This document shows, piece by piece, positions 28,096-39,240 of a stretch of 64,000 nt of DNA (the stretch's first letter is position 1; the number at the start of each line of letters is the position of its first letter). Made by a program: the position numbers and the translations under genes. The notes below the pieces were generated by a model, which was not told the DNA's origin, did no database searches, and saw only the letters and a program-made list of their open reading frames with translations. The DNA is from an uncultured Mycoplasmatota bacterium (GTDB taxonomy: Bacteria > Bacillota_I > Bacilli_A > RF39 > UBA660), in the NCBI GenBank assembly GCA_948466315.1, contig CAOJZZ010000001.1, forward strand, positions 16,931 to 80,930, read 5' to 3'.

Positions 28096-28692
28096 TTATT
28101 CTATTTCCTTTCGGTCCATTAATGCTCTTTCTAACGTCAAACTATCAACATACTCCATATCAGCCCCCATGGGAACACCACTAGCCAGACGAGTGATTAC
28201 AATATTCATACCATCCAGTACTTTTTTTATATATAAAGAAGTTGTTTCTCCCTCTATACTAGGCTTAAAAGCAAATATAATTTCACTAAAACCATCATTC
28301 CTAATTCGATCAATCAATTTATTAATACCAATATCTTCTGGATTAATACCATCCAAAGGCGATATTAATCCATCCAACACATGATATTTACCATGAAATG
28401 TTCCTAACTTTTCAAATAAAAAAACACTTTTAGTATCTTCAACCACACACAAAACCTTATTATCTCTATTCTCATCATTACATACAAAACATAAATCATC
28501 TTCAGTCAAAGTATTACAATTTTTACACTTTTTAACCTTATCAGTAACCTCCATAATGCTTTGGGAAAAAAATTCTGCCTGCTCTTCTTCAAATTCTAAA
28601 ACAGAAAAAGCCAGTCTCTCGGCTGTTTTCTCACCTATTCCTGGTAATATCTTAAAAGATTCAATCAAATTTTTTATACTATTAGGATACAT
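28096..28692 (-). CDS. recR: recombination protein RecR
   Basis: HhH LPGIGEKTAERLAF, C4 zinc finger and Toprim domain. Confidence 0.95.
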   Translation of the reverse strand: MYPNSIKNLIESFKILPGIGEKTAERLAFSVLEFEEEQAEFFSQSIMEVTDKVKKCKNCNTLTEDDLCFVCNDENRDNKVLCVVEDTKSVFLFEKLGTFHGKYHVLDGLISPLDGINPEDIGINKLIDRIRNDGFSEIIFAFKPSIEGETTSLYIKKVLDGMNIVITRLASGVPMGADMEYVDSLTLERALMDRKEIE

Positions 28693-28701
28693 AAAACCTA
28701 T

Positions 28702-28998
28702 CTAAAAAAGACCTGGGATATTTCCAAATTTTCCCATTTTCTGTTCCATAACTTGATCTACCTTTTTATTTGCATCATTAACTGCAATCATTATCATATC
28801 CTGTAATAATTCCATATCGTCAGCACCTAAATCAGCAGAAGAATCAATTTCAACTTTCACTACCTCTTTAGTTCCTTTTACAGTTACTTTTACAAGGGAA
28901 CTCTCACCTATAAATTCAGATTTATCCACTTCATCTTTAACCTTCATCATATCTTTTTGTAAAGCTTGCGCTTGCTTCATCATTGCTTGTATATTCAT
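28702..28998 (-). CDS. ybaB: nucleoid-associated protein YbaB/EbfC
   Basis: A 98-aa family member located between dnaX and recR. Confidence 0.9.
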   Translation of the reverse strand: MNIQAMMKQAQALQKDMMKVKDEVDKSEFIGESSLVKVTVKGTKEVVKVEIDSSADLGADDMELLQDMIMIAVNDANKKVDQVMEQKMGKFGNIPGLF

Positions 28999-29013
28999 AA
29001 AAATCTCCTTTTA

Positions 29014-30783
29014 TTATTCTATTTCAACAATATCACCAAAAAGTTCTATTGCTTTACTAGTTATTATATCATCTTTTGTTTCTTCTTCAAATATTTCTTC
29101 TGGTTCATCAATGACTTTATATACAAGACCCTCCCTAATACTCCTTATATATTTAGTCTTTTCTCGATTCCATAACTCATCACTAATAATAGCAATATTT
29201 TTATTAGAATTAGTTATTTTATTATAAACTTCTATCATTTTATCTAAAAACAACAGATTCTGTTTAACAACTGAATCATACTCATAACTAAGAATCATAG
29301 ACTCCTCACTAGCAGCTCTAATATGAGCATCTAATAATGCACAAACAACATAGCCAATTTCTTGATCAAAAGTATAATCATTTAATAACTTCATTTTAGC
29401 AACTTCATCATTCAAAATTTGTTTATTAGCTAATGCTAAAGTATTATTAACTCTCACACTCATTATTTCATCAATATTTTTAATTTTAGATATCTGTGAT
29501 TTTTTAATCACTAAATCATTTTCCACATTAAAAACATTATGAGTTTCATCAATGTTCCCATTTTTATTTTTCATATCACCTACATCAGCAGCAATATTTA
29601 CATCAATTGACATATTATTTTGGGAAATAACCTCCTCATTTTTTATTTCCTGGGAAATATTTTTATCCACAGTTTTATTTCCCGATATTTCACAAGAGCT
29701 TGTCATTATTTCCCGGGAAATATTTTCATTACCTTTACAGTCATTAATAAACTTAATCAACAAAGTTTCAATATAAACTGTTGGATTACCACTCCTTTTA
29801 ATATCAAACATCTTCTCATTTATAAGCATAATTAATTTTTGTATTTCATCAACAGAGTAATTAGTTTCTTCATTATTAACATAATAGTTAAAAGAACAAT
29901 TCCTTAGAAAATACATTAACTGAGATATTATTTGAATAATATTCTTACCTTCCTGATTAAATGACTGAATTTCCAACAAAACTTTTGCCATATCACCATC
30001 AAATATAAAATCACAAAACTCACAAAGTCTATCTTTTGTAAGAACACCATTTAGCTCTGAAAAATCATCAAAAGTAATTTTTTCCTTTTTATAAGAACTA
30101 AGTTGATCCAACATACCTAAAGAATCTCTCATTCCACCATCTGAGGTTACAGCAATTTCTTCTAATACTTCACCATCAATATCTATGGACTCTTTTTTAC
30201 ATATCTCAGACAATCGATTTACAATTTTAGACACTGGAATTCTTTTAAAAGAAAAACACTGACATCTAGAAATAATAGTTTCAGGAACCTTCTGAGGATC
30301 AGTAGTAGCCAAAACAAAGATTGCATGCTCAGGAGGTTCCTCTAAAGTCTTTAATAAAGCATTAAAAGCACCAATAGATAACATATGAACTTCATCTATT
30401 ATGTAAACCTTATACTTCAATTGAGATGGAACCAAAGAAATTTTATTCTTCAATTCCCTAATCTCATCCACTCCATTATTAGAAGCAGCATCAATCTCAA
30501 TTATATCCACACATTCCTTTTCGTAAGAAAACTTACAATTTTCACAAATACCACAAGAAGCACCATCAACTGGTGACAAACAATTTACAGAACGAGCAAA
30601 AATCTTAGAAACCGTAGTCTTACCTGTTCCTCTAGGACCAAAAAACATATAAGCATGACAAAAAGAATCATTTTTAACAGAATTACGAAGAGTTCTAATA
30701 ATCGTATCCTGACCCACAACTGTATCAAAATCTTGTGGTCTATACTTCCTATATAAAGCATGATACATAATATCACTTCCCAC
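29014..30783 (-). CDS. dnaX: DNA polymerase III subunit tau/gamma
   Basis: YRPQDFDTVVGQ, GPRGTGKTT, DEVHML and SRCQ motifs. The likely true start is a few codons inside the ORF (MYHALYRKYRPQ). Confidence 0.95.
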   Translation of the reverse strand: MGSDIMYHALYRKYRPQDFDTVVGQDTIIRTLRNSVKNDSFCHAYMFFGPRGTGKTTVSKIFARSVNCLSPVDGASCGICENCKFSYEKECVDIIEIDAASNNGVDEIRELKNKISLVPSQLKYKVYIIDEVHMLSIGAFNALLKTLEEPPEHAIFVLATTDPQKVPETIISRCQCFSFKRIPVSKIVNRLSEICKKESIDIDGEVLEEIAVTSDGGMRDSLGMLDQLSSYKKEKITFDDFSELNGVLTKDRLCEFCDFIFDGDMAKVLLEIQSFNQEGKNIIQIISQLMYFLRNCSFNYYVNNEETNYSVDEIQKLIMLINEKMFDIKRSGNPTVYIETLLIKFINDCKGNENISREIMTSSCEISGNKTVDKNISQEIKNEEVISQNNMSIDVNIAADVGDMKNKNGNIDETHNVFNVENDLVIKKSQISKIKNIDEIMSVRVNNTLALANKQILNDEVAKMKLLNDYTFDQEIGYVVCALLDAHIRAASEESMILSYEYDSVVKQNLLFLDKMIEVYNKITNSNKNIAIISDELWNREKTKYIRSIREGLVYKVIDEPEEIFEEETKDDIITSKAIELFGDIVEIE

Positions 30784-30813
30784 TTGCTATTATATCATAG
30801 AAAAAAAAAGAAG

Positions 30814-31263
30814 TTATCTTTTTCTACGTTCCTCAAAAAAAGACTTAAGAATATTTCTAGAACGAATAACATCTAAATTAGAAACTAAACAAACAGACGA
30901 ATTCACCTTATCTGTAAGAAATATATTCGAAATTATTTCATGATTATGAATATCAGAATTAGACAAAGCAGAATAGACATTACTAATGCGAGCTTGCTTT
31001 ATAGCACTAGCACACATAGGACAAGGATCTAAAGTAACATATATATCACAGCCATCTAAACGCCAATTTCCAATATAATTACTAGCCCTCTCTATAGCCA
31101 AAAGCTCCGCATGAAACAAAGCACAATTCATACACTCCTTTTTATTGTATGCCGACGCAATAACCTTATCATCCTTAACAATAACAGCACCAATAGGAAT
31201 TTCACCATTATTATAAGCTACCATAGCCATATCAAAAGCCATATCCATATATTTTTTATCCAC
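30814..31263 (-). CDS. tadA: tRNA-specific adenosine deaminase TadA
   Basis: HAE and PCPMC zinc ligands. The start codon is GTG, which overlaps a perfect DnaA box. Confidence 0.85.
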   Translation of the reverse strand: MDKKYMDMAFDMAMVAYNNGEIPIGAVIVKDDKVIASAYNKKECMNCALFHAELLAIERASNYIGNWRLDGCDIYVTLDPCPMCASAIKQARISNVYSALSNSDIHNHEIISNIFLTDKVNSSVCLVSNLDVIRSRNILKSFFEERRKR

Positions 31264-31283
31264 AATATCACTCCAAAATAAAA

Positions 31284-31364
31284 GTGCACATAAAAGGAGG
31301 TCCTTAAGGCTGCTATCTTCCGATCCTGACCTATTTCAAACACTTTTATTGCACAAGTTAATTC
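31284..31364 (-). ncRNA. ffs: signal recognition particle RNA, short (4.5S-like) form lacking an Alu domain
   Basis: The minus strand reads GUGCAAUAAAAGUGUUUGAAAUAGGUCAGGAUCGGAAGAUAGCAGCCUUAAGGACCUCCUUUUAUGUGCAC. It is a closed hairpin carrying the domain IV consensus AGGUCAGG-UCCGGAAGGAAGCAGCC-AAGG and is followed by a U-run. Confidence 0.75.
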
Positions 31365-31396
31365 TAATATAAATAATTCTTTTTGTAAACTATATT

Positions 31397-31418
31397 CAAT
31401 GTTTCACGTGAAACATTG
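31397..31418. repeat. 22-bp perfect palindrome CAATGTTTCACGTGAAACATTG (copy 1 of 3)
   Basis: Its reverse complement is identical to itself. Confidence 0.9.
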
Positions 31419-32068
31419 TTCATTTTTGTAAATATACACTCGCTTAAGTAAAAATCAAATAATGAAAAATGTATATTAATACATATTTTTACAATCCACT
31501 TAGTTAATTAACTATAAGAAAAATATTACAAGTCATTTCAAAAAGCATAATAAATAATTCAATATAAAATCTATTTACTATAGAATTATCTATAAAATTC
31601 AAATTAAGCAATTTAATAAATAGTTAAATATAAAAATTGGAGTTATATAAAACATTATTATATTTTTAATTCATAATACAAACAAATTTAAAAAGAATCA
31701 ATATATTACCAAGTTAAATTTTATATAATAACCAATATAAAGGAAAAATTCAAGTAATACTATTAATTGATTTCATAATATTTTCCACAATAATAAAGTT
31801 TATTCTAATTAATTTTATTCAGTTTAATATTTGTTTTGATGTATAGTGTTAGAATTTTTAATATGAATCATATTTTAATTGATATTTATTGTTAAATAAA
31901 TTAATTTCACTTTTTTAATTTTGAAGATATTTTTATTAAAAATTTAACAATTTAATATATTTTAATTAATGATAATATTAAAACATTAAATTTTATATAC
32001 TTTTTATAAATTAATTTATAGACATATTATGTATAAACTTCATATACAATAATAGAATGCACCATAAT

Positions 32069-32103
32069 TTATCCACAATGTTTCACGTGAAACATTGTGG
32101 ATA
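32069..32103. repeat. 35-bp palindrome TTATCCACAATGTTTCACGTGAAACATTGTGGATA (copy 2), flanked by inverted perfect DnaA boxes
   Basis: Near-perfect inverted repeat. Its ends are the DnaA-box 9-mers TTATCCACA / TGTGGATA. Confidence 0.9.
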
Positions 32104-32607
32104 TTTTTCACATGTTGAATATTAATTTAGAAAATAAAATTTTATAATACTATAGAGAGTTGATAAATACAAGTAATAACAGTATTTTTACAGAATAATT
32201 GAACTTTAAGAAGCAAATATTTAATATTTCTTGTAAATAAAGTGTTACAATCTTGAAAAAAATATACATAGTCAGCAAATTACTTTTAAACTAATTGAAT
32301 TTTTTAAACTTTCACAATTTAAAAAATATGATCACTATATATTATAGATTATAAATTACCTACTCACATAAATATATCAATTTACTTAATACTAATTGAA
32401 TAAGAAAAATAATCAAGTAATTTAAAATCAATTATAAGTATTTTGTTCCATTTTTCATACATTACCTATAATGCCTAACAAAACATATCTGTTATATAAA
32501 CTAAAAAAATTAATTTAAAAGATTATACTAAGAAACTTAATCTATTTTATTAATATTAAAAAAATAGCCCTATTCGCTATTATAATATTTCAATATAATA
32601 AAACTTC

Positions 32608-32625
32608 ATGTTCCACGTGGAACAT
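32608..32625. repeat. 18-bp perfect palindrome ATGTTCCACGTGGAACAT (copy 3)
   Basis: Its reverse complement is identical to itself. It has the same CACGTG-centred family consensus ATGTTYCACGTGRAACAT. Confidence 0.9.
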
Positions 32626-33093
32626 CTCAATCCAAATGAACTATCTCCTATTGTAAAGGACTACTTTTTCAAGCAAGTATCACCCCGTAATACTTGAGCT
32701 TGTCTTCGATGCAAGCTCCAAAAAATTAACACTAAAAGATTAAATACTAACAAATTATAAATTGATTATCACACTAAACTAATTAATGTATTCATAAATT
32801 AATATCAACAAAATAAAATATACAAACACTCATTAAACAATTCCTTACTATAAAAACAATTGCTATTTTAGAAAATTAAAATTTCAAATCACCGATAATC
32901 TAATAAAGCTATTAAAAATAAAATACAATATTTAAGAAAAATATTTTCTATATAACATTAGACTAACATAATAACAAAATAGAAATTAAACCCATTATTA
33001 CCTAAAAAAATAGAAAAAATCCTCATATTCCAAACAAAATATTTTATCCACAAGAAAAATTGACTATATTTTACATAATATAATACAAAAATT

Positions 33094-33122
33094 GACAAAA
33101 AAATAATAGGAACTATCCTATT
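33094..33122 (-). terminator. rho-independent terminator of gyrA
   Basis: The minus strand reads AATAGGATAGTTCCTATT (hairpin overlapping the stop codon) followed by AUUUUUUUG. Confidence 0.6.
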
Positions 33123-35577
33123 ATTTACTTACTACATTATTATCATTAATTTCTCCTTCTGATTCTTCTTTAGCAACCACTGTAACAGTAGAAACCAATT
33201 GATCTCCTTTTAGATTAATCAGTCTAACTCCCTGAGTAGCACGACGCAATATAGAAACCTGATCTAAAGGCATCTTCATAATGACACCACTATTAGTAAC
33301 AATTATAATATCTTGCAAATCAGAGTTATCTACACACTTTAATGAAACCATTTCACCATTTTTCTCAGTAATATTTAAGGCTTTAACTCCCTTACTACCA
33401 CGATGTGTTAATCTATATTCATCAATAACAGTCTTCTTACCATAACCATTCACAGTAACTATTAAAATCAACTGTCCAGGAGAAACAACCTCAGCACCTA
33501 CAACAATACTACCCCCAAGTTCTATCCCCTTTACACCTGAACTTCCTCTACTCATAGAGCGAACTTCATTTTCGTCAAAACGAACCATACGACCATTACT
33601 TGCACCTATAACAATTTGATTTTTTCCACAGGTCTTTCTTACACTAATTAACTCATCATTTTCTCTTAAAACTATAGCAATTTTTCCACCTTTTCTAATA
33701 TTATCAAACTCAGAAATATCTGTTCGTTTAATAACACCATTTCTAGTAGCAAACATTAAATATTTAGTTTCAATATCGTCAGTATTAAACTCAATTATCG
33801 AACTAATGTTTTCATCCTTTTCTAAAGGCAACAAATTAACAATTGGCAATCCCTTAGACTGTCTAGAAAACTCTGGAATCTCATATCCCTTCATTCTATA
33901 CACACGACCTCTATTAGAGAAAAATAATATATAATCATGTGTTCTCATAGAAATCAAATGTTCAACAAAATCCTGTTCATTAGTAGACATTCCTTTTACA
34001 CCAACACCACCACGATTTTGAGTACGATATGTATCTGTACGCAAACGCTTAATATAACCATTATTAGTAAGAGTTATAATAATATCCTCAACAGGTATTA
34101 ACGACTCATCTTCAATATATTCAATAGCAGTCATATCAATATTAGTACGACGCTCATCCCCAAATTTATTTTTTATTTCTAATAACTCTTTCTTTATAAC
34201 TTCTAATATTCTCTGTTCACTAGCTAAAATAGCTTTAAGCTCGGCAATTGTCTCCAGTAAGTCACTTAACTCATTTTCAATCTTATCACGCTCTAAGCCC
34301 GTTAAACGACGTAATCTCATTTCTAAAATTGCATTAGCCTGTATCTCAGATAATTTAAAATTATCCATTAAGCCTACCCTAGCATCATCATCAGACCGAG
34401 AACCACGAATTAATTTAATAACAGCATCAATATGATCAAGAGCAATTTTTAATCCCTCTAAAATATGGACCCTCTTTTCAGCAACATCCAAATCAAACTT
34501 AGTTCTACGAATAATAATTTCCTTCTGAAAATCAATATATTTAGAAATAATATCTTTCAAACCTAACGTCTTTGGAACACCTTGATCAAGCATTAAAAAT
34601 ATAATTCCATAACTAGTCTGAAAAGAAGTATGTTTATACAATTTATTTAAAACAACCTGAGCATTAGCATCTCTTTTTAAAGTAATTGTGATTTTTATTC
34701 CATTTTTCAAATCTGAATGATAGTCAGCAATACCTTCAATAGTTTTATTATGTACCAACTCTGCAACTTTATTCTTCAACTCTAAGGTATTAACACCATA
34801 AGGAACTTCATCAATTATAATGTATTGTCTACCATTTTTTTCCTCTATAGTAGCCTTACTTCTCACAGTAATAGATCCTCTACCTGTCTCATAAGCTTTA
34901 CGAATACCACTATTACCTAATATACTAGCGCCTGTAGGAAAATCAGGACCCTTAATATAATTCATTAAACCATCTAAATCAATATCTGGATTATCTATAT
35001 ATGCAACACAACCATCTATAACCTCACCCAAATTATGAGGTGGTATATTAGTTGCCATTCCAACAGCAATACCAGTAGTACCATTAACTAAAATATTAGG
35101 AAAACGTGATGGTAAAACTTCAGGTTCTTTCTCACTCTCATCAAAATTAGGCATAAAGTTAACTGTATTTTTATTAATATTACGAAGTAACTCTAAAGAA
35201 ATCTTTGACAATCTTGATTCAGTATAACGCATAGCTGCTGCACCATATCCCTCAATATTACCAAAATTACCATGACCATCAATTAACATATAACGATATG
35301 AAAAATCTTGTGCCATTCTTACCATTGCCTCATAAATAGAAGAATCACCATGAGGATGATAATTACCCATAACCTCACCAACAGTCTTAGCACTCTTTCT
35401 ATGAGGTTTATCAGGTGTATAACCAGACTCAAACATCGAATATAAAATTCTACGATGAACAGGTTTTAAACCATCACGTAAATCTGGAATAGCCCTAGCC
35501 GTAATAACACTCATAGAATAATCTAAAAAAGAATCTTCAACCTCTTTTACTATATTATTTTTTTCTAATCTGTCCAC
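33121..35577 (-). CDS. gyrA: DNA gyrase subunit A
   Basis: 818 aa with AAMRYTE (active-site Tyr) and GyrA-box beta-pinwheel repeats. It is adjacent to gyrB. Confidence 0.97.
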   Translation of the reverse strand: MDRLEKNNIVKEVEDSFLDYSMSVITARAIPDLRDGLKPVHRRILYSMFESGYTPDKPHRKSAKTVGEVMGNYHPHGDSSIYEAMVRMAQDFSYRYMLIDGHGNFGNIEGYGAAAMRYTESRLSKISLELLRNINKNTVNFMPNFDESEKEPEVLPSRFPNILVNGTTGIAVGMATNIPPHNLGEVIDGCVAYIDNPDIDLDGLMNYIKGPDFPTGASILGNSGIRKAYETGRGSITVRSKATIEEKNGRQYIIIDEVPYGVNTLELKNKVAELVHNKTIEGIADYHSDLKNGIKITITLKRDANAQVVLNKLYKHTSFQTSYGIIFLMLDQGVPKTLGLKDIISKYIDFQKEIIIRRTKFDLDVAEKRVHILEGLKIALDHIDAVIKLIRGSRSDDDARVGLMDNFKLSEIQANAILEMRLRRLTGLERDKIENELSDLLETIAELKAILASEQRILEVIKKELLEIKNKFGDERRTNIDMTAIEYIEDESLIPVEDIIITLTNNGYIKRLRTDTYRTQNRGGVGVKGMSTNEQDFVEHLISMRTHDYILFFSNRGRVYRMKGYEIPEFSRQSKGLPIVNLLPLEKDENISSIIEFNTDDIETKYLMFATRNGVIKRTDISEFDNIRKGGKIAIVLRENDELISVRKTCGKNQIVIGASNGRMVRFDENEVRSMSRGSSGVKGIELGGSIVVGAEVVSPGQLILIVTVNGYGKKTVIDEYRLTHRGSKGVKALNITEKNGEMVSLKCVDNSDLQDIIIVTNSGVIMKMPLDQVSILRRATQGVRLINLKGDQLVSTVTVVAKEESEGEINDNNVVSK

Positions 35578-35587
35578 AATAACCCTC

Positions 35588-37513
35588 CTAAATATCTAAA
35601 TTAGCATATGTTGCATTAGTTTCAATAAATTCTCTACGAGGAGCTACCTCTTCTCCCATAAGTTTTGAAAAAACCTCATCTGCTGCAATAGCATCATCTA
35701 CAGTAATTTTTCTCAAAACTCTCTGATTAATATCCATAGTAGTTTCATTTAACTCATCCGCATCCATCTCACCTAATCCCTTCATACGAGCTATCTCATA
35801 CTTAACATTAGGTGCAAGAGTAGCTAAATACTCATCACGTTCAGCATCATCTAAAACATACTTTCTTACCTTACCATGCGTTATTCTATATAAAGGAGGT
35901 TGTGCTGCATACACATGACCTGCCTCAACAATGGGCTTAAAAAAACGATAAAACAAAGTTAATAATAAAACCCTGATATGGCTACCATCAACATCAGCAT
36001 CTGTCATAATAATAATCTTATGATAACGAAGTTTTGTTAAATCAAATTCATCACCTATACCAGTACCAAAAGCAGTTATAATAGTACGAATTTCCTCATT
36101 AGATAAAGCCCTATCAAGTCTAGCTTTTTCTACATTCAAAATCTTACCACGAAGTGGCAATATAGCCTGAGTGATACTATCTCTTCCTTTAATAGCTGAA
36201 CCACCAGCAGAATCTCCCTCGACTAAAAATATTTCACTAACTGACGCATCTTTACTCTTACAATCAGAAAGTTTACCATAAAAATTGGTAATATCTAAAT
36301 CTCCCTTTCTCCTAGTCAATTCTCTAGCTTTCTTAGCAGCAACTCTCGCTCTACTAGCTGTCATAGATTTATCAACAATAACTTTAGCCTCATTAGGATT
36401 CTCCATTAAAAATCTTTCAAACGTTTCAGAAAAAACTTTATCAGCAATACTTCGAACCTCACTATTTCCAAGTTTAGTCTTAGTTTGTCCTTCAAATTGA
36501 GGATTAGGATGTTTAATAGAAATAATCATAGTAAGACCCTCTCTAACATCATCACCTGTTAAAGGATCATCTTTATCCTTCAAAAGACCAGTAGTATTTG
36601 CATATTTATTAAGTATTCTAGTCAATGCCCTACGTACACCATCTTCATGAGTACCACCTTCAGGAGTAGTAATGTTATTAACAAAAGAATAAATACTAGC
36701 ATTATAAGACTCATTATATTGTAAAGCAACCTCTACTTTAATATCCTTATCTTCTCCTTCTACATCTATAATAGTATCATGAATAGGGGTCTTATTCTTA
36801 TTAAGCATTGCCACATACTCTACCAATCCACCTTCATAATGAAAAGAATCTTTTCTATCTGGTTCTCGCTCATCATACAAAGATATACGTAATCCCTTAT
36901 TTAAAAATGCTAATTCTTTTAACCTAGCCTTCAGAATTTCATAATCATAAACTGTAGTTTCAGTAAAAATCTCATCATCTGGCTTAAAACGAACTGTTGT
37001 TCCAGTCCTATTATCATCACAACGATCAACGACCTTTAACTCATCATCTGGATGACCACCTCTACTATAACGTTGATAATAAACATTACCATCCTTATAA
37101 ACAGTAACTTCTAACCAATCACTTAAAGCATTAACTACACTAGCACCTACTCCATGAAGACCTCCAGAAACTTTATAGCCACCACCACCAAATTTTCCTC
37201 CTGCATGTAATACAGTATAAACAGTTTCTACTGTACTTTTTCCAGTTTTTGGATGAACATCAACAGGAATTCCTCTACCATCATCTTTTACAGTAATACT
37301 ATTATCAATACCAACTGTAACCTCTATATGTGAACAATATCCAGCTAAAGCTTCATCAATAGCATTGTCAACAATTTCCCAAACCAAATGATGTAATCCT
37401 CTAGAACTAGTACTACCAATATACATACCTGGTCTTTTTCTTACTGCTTCTAAACCCTCAAGCACCTGTATAGCTGAAGAATCATAAATACTCTCTACTT
37501 TATCTTCATTCAT
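35588..37513 (-). CDS. gyrB: DNA gyrase subunit B
   Basis: 641 aa with an ATPase GHKL N-domain, Toprim EGDSAGG and [12 protein letters not shown]. Confidence 0.97.
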   Translation of the reverse strand: MNEDKVESIYDSSAIQVLEGLEAVRKRPGMYIGSTSSRGLHHLVWEIVDNAIDEALAGYCSHIEVTVGIDNSITVKDDGRGIPVDVHPKTGKSTVETVYTVLHAGGKFGGGGYKVSGGLHGVGASVVNALSDWLEVTVYKDGNVYYQRYSRGGHPDDELKVVDRCDDNRTGTTVRFKPDDEIFTETTVYDYEILKARLKELAFLNKGLRISLYDEREPDRKDSFHYEGGLVEYVAMLNKNKTPIHDTIIDVEGEDKDIKVEVALQYNESYNASIYSFVNNITTPEGGTHEDGVRRALTRILNKYANTTGLLKDKDDPLTGDDVREGLTMIISIKHPNPQFEGQTKTKLGNSEVRSIADKVFSETFERFLMENPNEAKVIVDKSMTASRARVAAKKARELTRRKGDLDITNFYGKLSDCKSKDASVSEIFLVEGDSAGGSAIKGRDSITQAILPLRGKILNVEKARLDRALSNEEIRTIITAFGTGIGDEFDLTKLRYHKIIIMTDADVDGSHIRVLLLTLFYRFFKPIVEAGHVYAAQPPLYRITHGKVRKYVLDDAERDEYLATLAPNVKYEIARMKGLGEMDADELNETTMDINQRVLRKITVDDAIAADEVFSKLMGEEVAPRREFIETNATYANLDI

Positions 37514-37522
37514 AAATATTAC

Positions 37523-38635
37523 CTACTTTCTTTCTATATTTCCACTATTAACCTCATAAATATAAGCATCACTTAAATACTTTTTATTAATATTTTTAAG
37601 ATCTGTAGTAGTAAGAATTGTTTGAATATTATTACTTTTAACAAATTTAAGTAACCTATTTCGCTTTTTGATATCCAATTCACTAAAAATATCATCTAAC
37701 AATAATAATGGAGAAGTACCACAATAATTAATAAAAAGAGAAATCTCAGCCATTTTAAAAGATAAAACTGCCAATTTTTGCTGACCCTGTGAACCAAAAA
37801 ATTTTAAATTATTTCCCAAAAATTCAAAAAAGAAATCATCTCTATGAGGACCAAACATAGTCATACCATTATTTAATTCTTTCCTATAGTTTTTTTGAAA
37901 TTTTTCTTTCAATGAATTAGTAATAACTAAAGTATCATAACTATCAAAGTTAACGTTAGGCATATAAACAACATGTAATCCGCAAGTTCCTACTATTTCT
38001 TGGTAATAAAAATCAATATTTTGATTAATCAAATCAATATACTCTCTTCTTTTTTGATAAATAATAACTGCTTTTTCAATTAATTTATCTGTCAATATAT
38101 CAAAATACTTTTTATCAGCAATACTATTACTAAACAAAACCTTCAGATACTCATTTCTAGTCTTTAAAATTTTATTGTATTCATTATAAGTATGTAAATA
38201 AACTCTTGACACTTGAGACAACTGTATATTTAATAAATTTCTTCGAATATTTGGTGATCCTTTCACTATTTCTAAATCATCTGGGGTAAAAACAATAACG
38301 TTCAAATATGAAATATAATCAGCAACCTTTTTTATATCAGTTTGATTAATACGTAACCTTTTCGAATCATCAGCAACTTCTACCTCTAATTTAGAAATAA
38401 TTTTCTCTTTTTTTACTACTCCCTTAATTTGACATTTTTTCTTATTAAACATAATAATATTAGGATTAACACCTATCCTATGAGACTTTGTCAAAGCTAA
38501 TATTGTTATTGCCTCTAAAATATTGGTCTTTCCTTGAGCATTATCTCCTATAAAAATATTCATATTATCCCCTAATTTAATTTTAACATTAGAGAAATTA
38601 CGAAAATTTATGAGCTGAATCCTAGTAAGAATCAC
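37523..38635 (-). CDS. recF: DNA replication and repair protein RecF
   Basis: Walker A GDNAQGKTN, the ABC signature and Walker B LLLDD. Confidence 0.95.
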   Translation of the reverse strand: MILTRIQLINFRNFSNVKIKLGDNMNIFIGDNAQGKTNILEAITILALTKSHRIGVNPNIIMFNKKKCQIKGVVKKEKIISKLEVEVADDSKRLRINQTDIKKVADYISYLNVIVFTPDDLEIVKGSPNIRRNLLNIQLSQVSRVYLHTYNEYNKILKTRNEYLKVLFSNSIADKKYFDILTDKLIEKAVIIYQKRREYIDLINQNIDFYYQEIVGTCGLHVVYMPNVNFDSYDTLVITNSLKEKFQKNYRKELNNGMTMFGPHRDDFFFEFLGNNLKFFGSQGQQKLAVLSFKMAEISLFINYCGTSPLLLLDDIFSELDIKKRNRLLKFVKSNNIQTILTTTDLKNINKKYLSDAYIYEVNSGNIERK

Positions 38636-38793
38636 TGAAAACCAATTAAAAGACTCATATAATCACCTATCCCCTACTTCAATATTCCTATATATACGTC
38701 ATTATTATACCATACAAAGTCAAATAAAGCACGAAAAAATAGTTCTAATCAACTATTTTTATAAAGATAATTATATTAAATAATTTCCTAATA

Positions 38794-39240
38794 TCACTTA
38801 CACTTTCTCTTACGCATAACAAAATCTAATCTAGATGCTCTAGATACCTGATTCTCAATAGTTCGATATGAACAAGGAACAATAATCTCCTTAGCATTAT
38901 CAAAAATAATTTTAGTATTGTAAGGATCAATCTTTATAAATTCTTGAATTCTATTCAATGAAACCCAAACACAATCATCTGCAGATGGCGAAGTAGTCGG
39001 GAAAACAATTAAATGTTCACTATCTTCAACAACAATAGGTACTTTATATTCCGCACCCAAAACCGCTCTAGCACTCTCTTTTCTTCCATTATAAGAACTG
39101 CCAAAGTAAATACAACTATCTTCCATAATCTTAAAAGGTGATTCAGAAATAATATATCTCTCATCATCCTCATAAACTACACTTGTATTCTTTTCATTAG
39201 GCACAATAGCCAATGTTCCCTTACTAATTTCATATTTCAT
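38794..39240 (-). CDS. ComK-family protein (competence transcription factor homologue)
   Basis: YEISKGTLAIVP...MEDSCIYFGSSYNGRKESARAVLG...PIVVEDSEHLIVFPTTSPSADDCVWVSL...VPCSYRTIENQVSRASRL aligns along its length with B. subtilis ComK (YEVNGATIAVLP...SCRFFGSSYAGRKAGT...PIMVDPSNQIFLFPTLS...CGWISH...LPISYNSFENQVYRTAWL). The likely start is the internal ATG at 39238-39240. Confidence 0.75.
   Translation of the reverse strand: MKYEISKGTLAIVPNEKNTSVVYEDDERYIISESPFKIMEDSCIYFGSSYNGRKESARAVLGAEYKVPIVVEDSEHLIVFPTTSPSADDCVWVSLNRIQEFIKIDPYNTKIIFDNAKEIIVPCSYRTIENQVSRASRLDFVMRKRKCK

Noticed and set aside
29552-29835. Two short plus-strand ORFs (74 and 71 aa) inside dnaX antisense.
   Set aside because: They are entirely contained antisense within the well-supported dnaX CDS. 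Their composition is the low-complexity F/I/L-rich type typical of spurious ORFs in AT-rich DNA. The same applies to 6099..6443, 13692..14036, 20097..20300, 36285..36500, 39650..40513, 41509..41775 and 45730..46602.
31365-33120. Long ORF-free region as a remnant or unrecognised rRNA operon (rrnO lies here in Bacillus).
   Set aside because: The sequence is extremely AT-rich throughout and shows none of the GC-richer conserved 16S/23S/5S signatures (no GTGCCAGCAGCCGCGGTAA-like stretches, no tRNA T-loop motifs).
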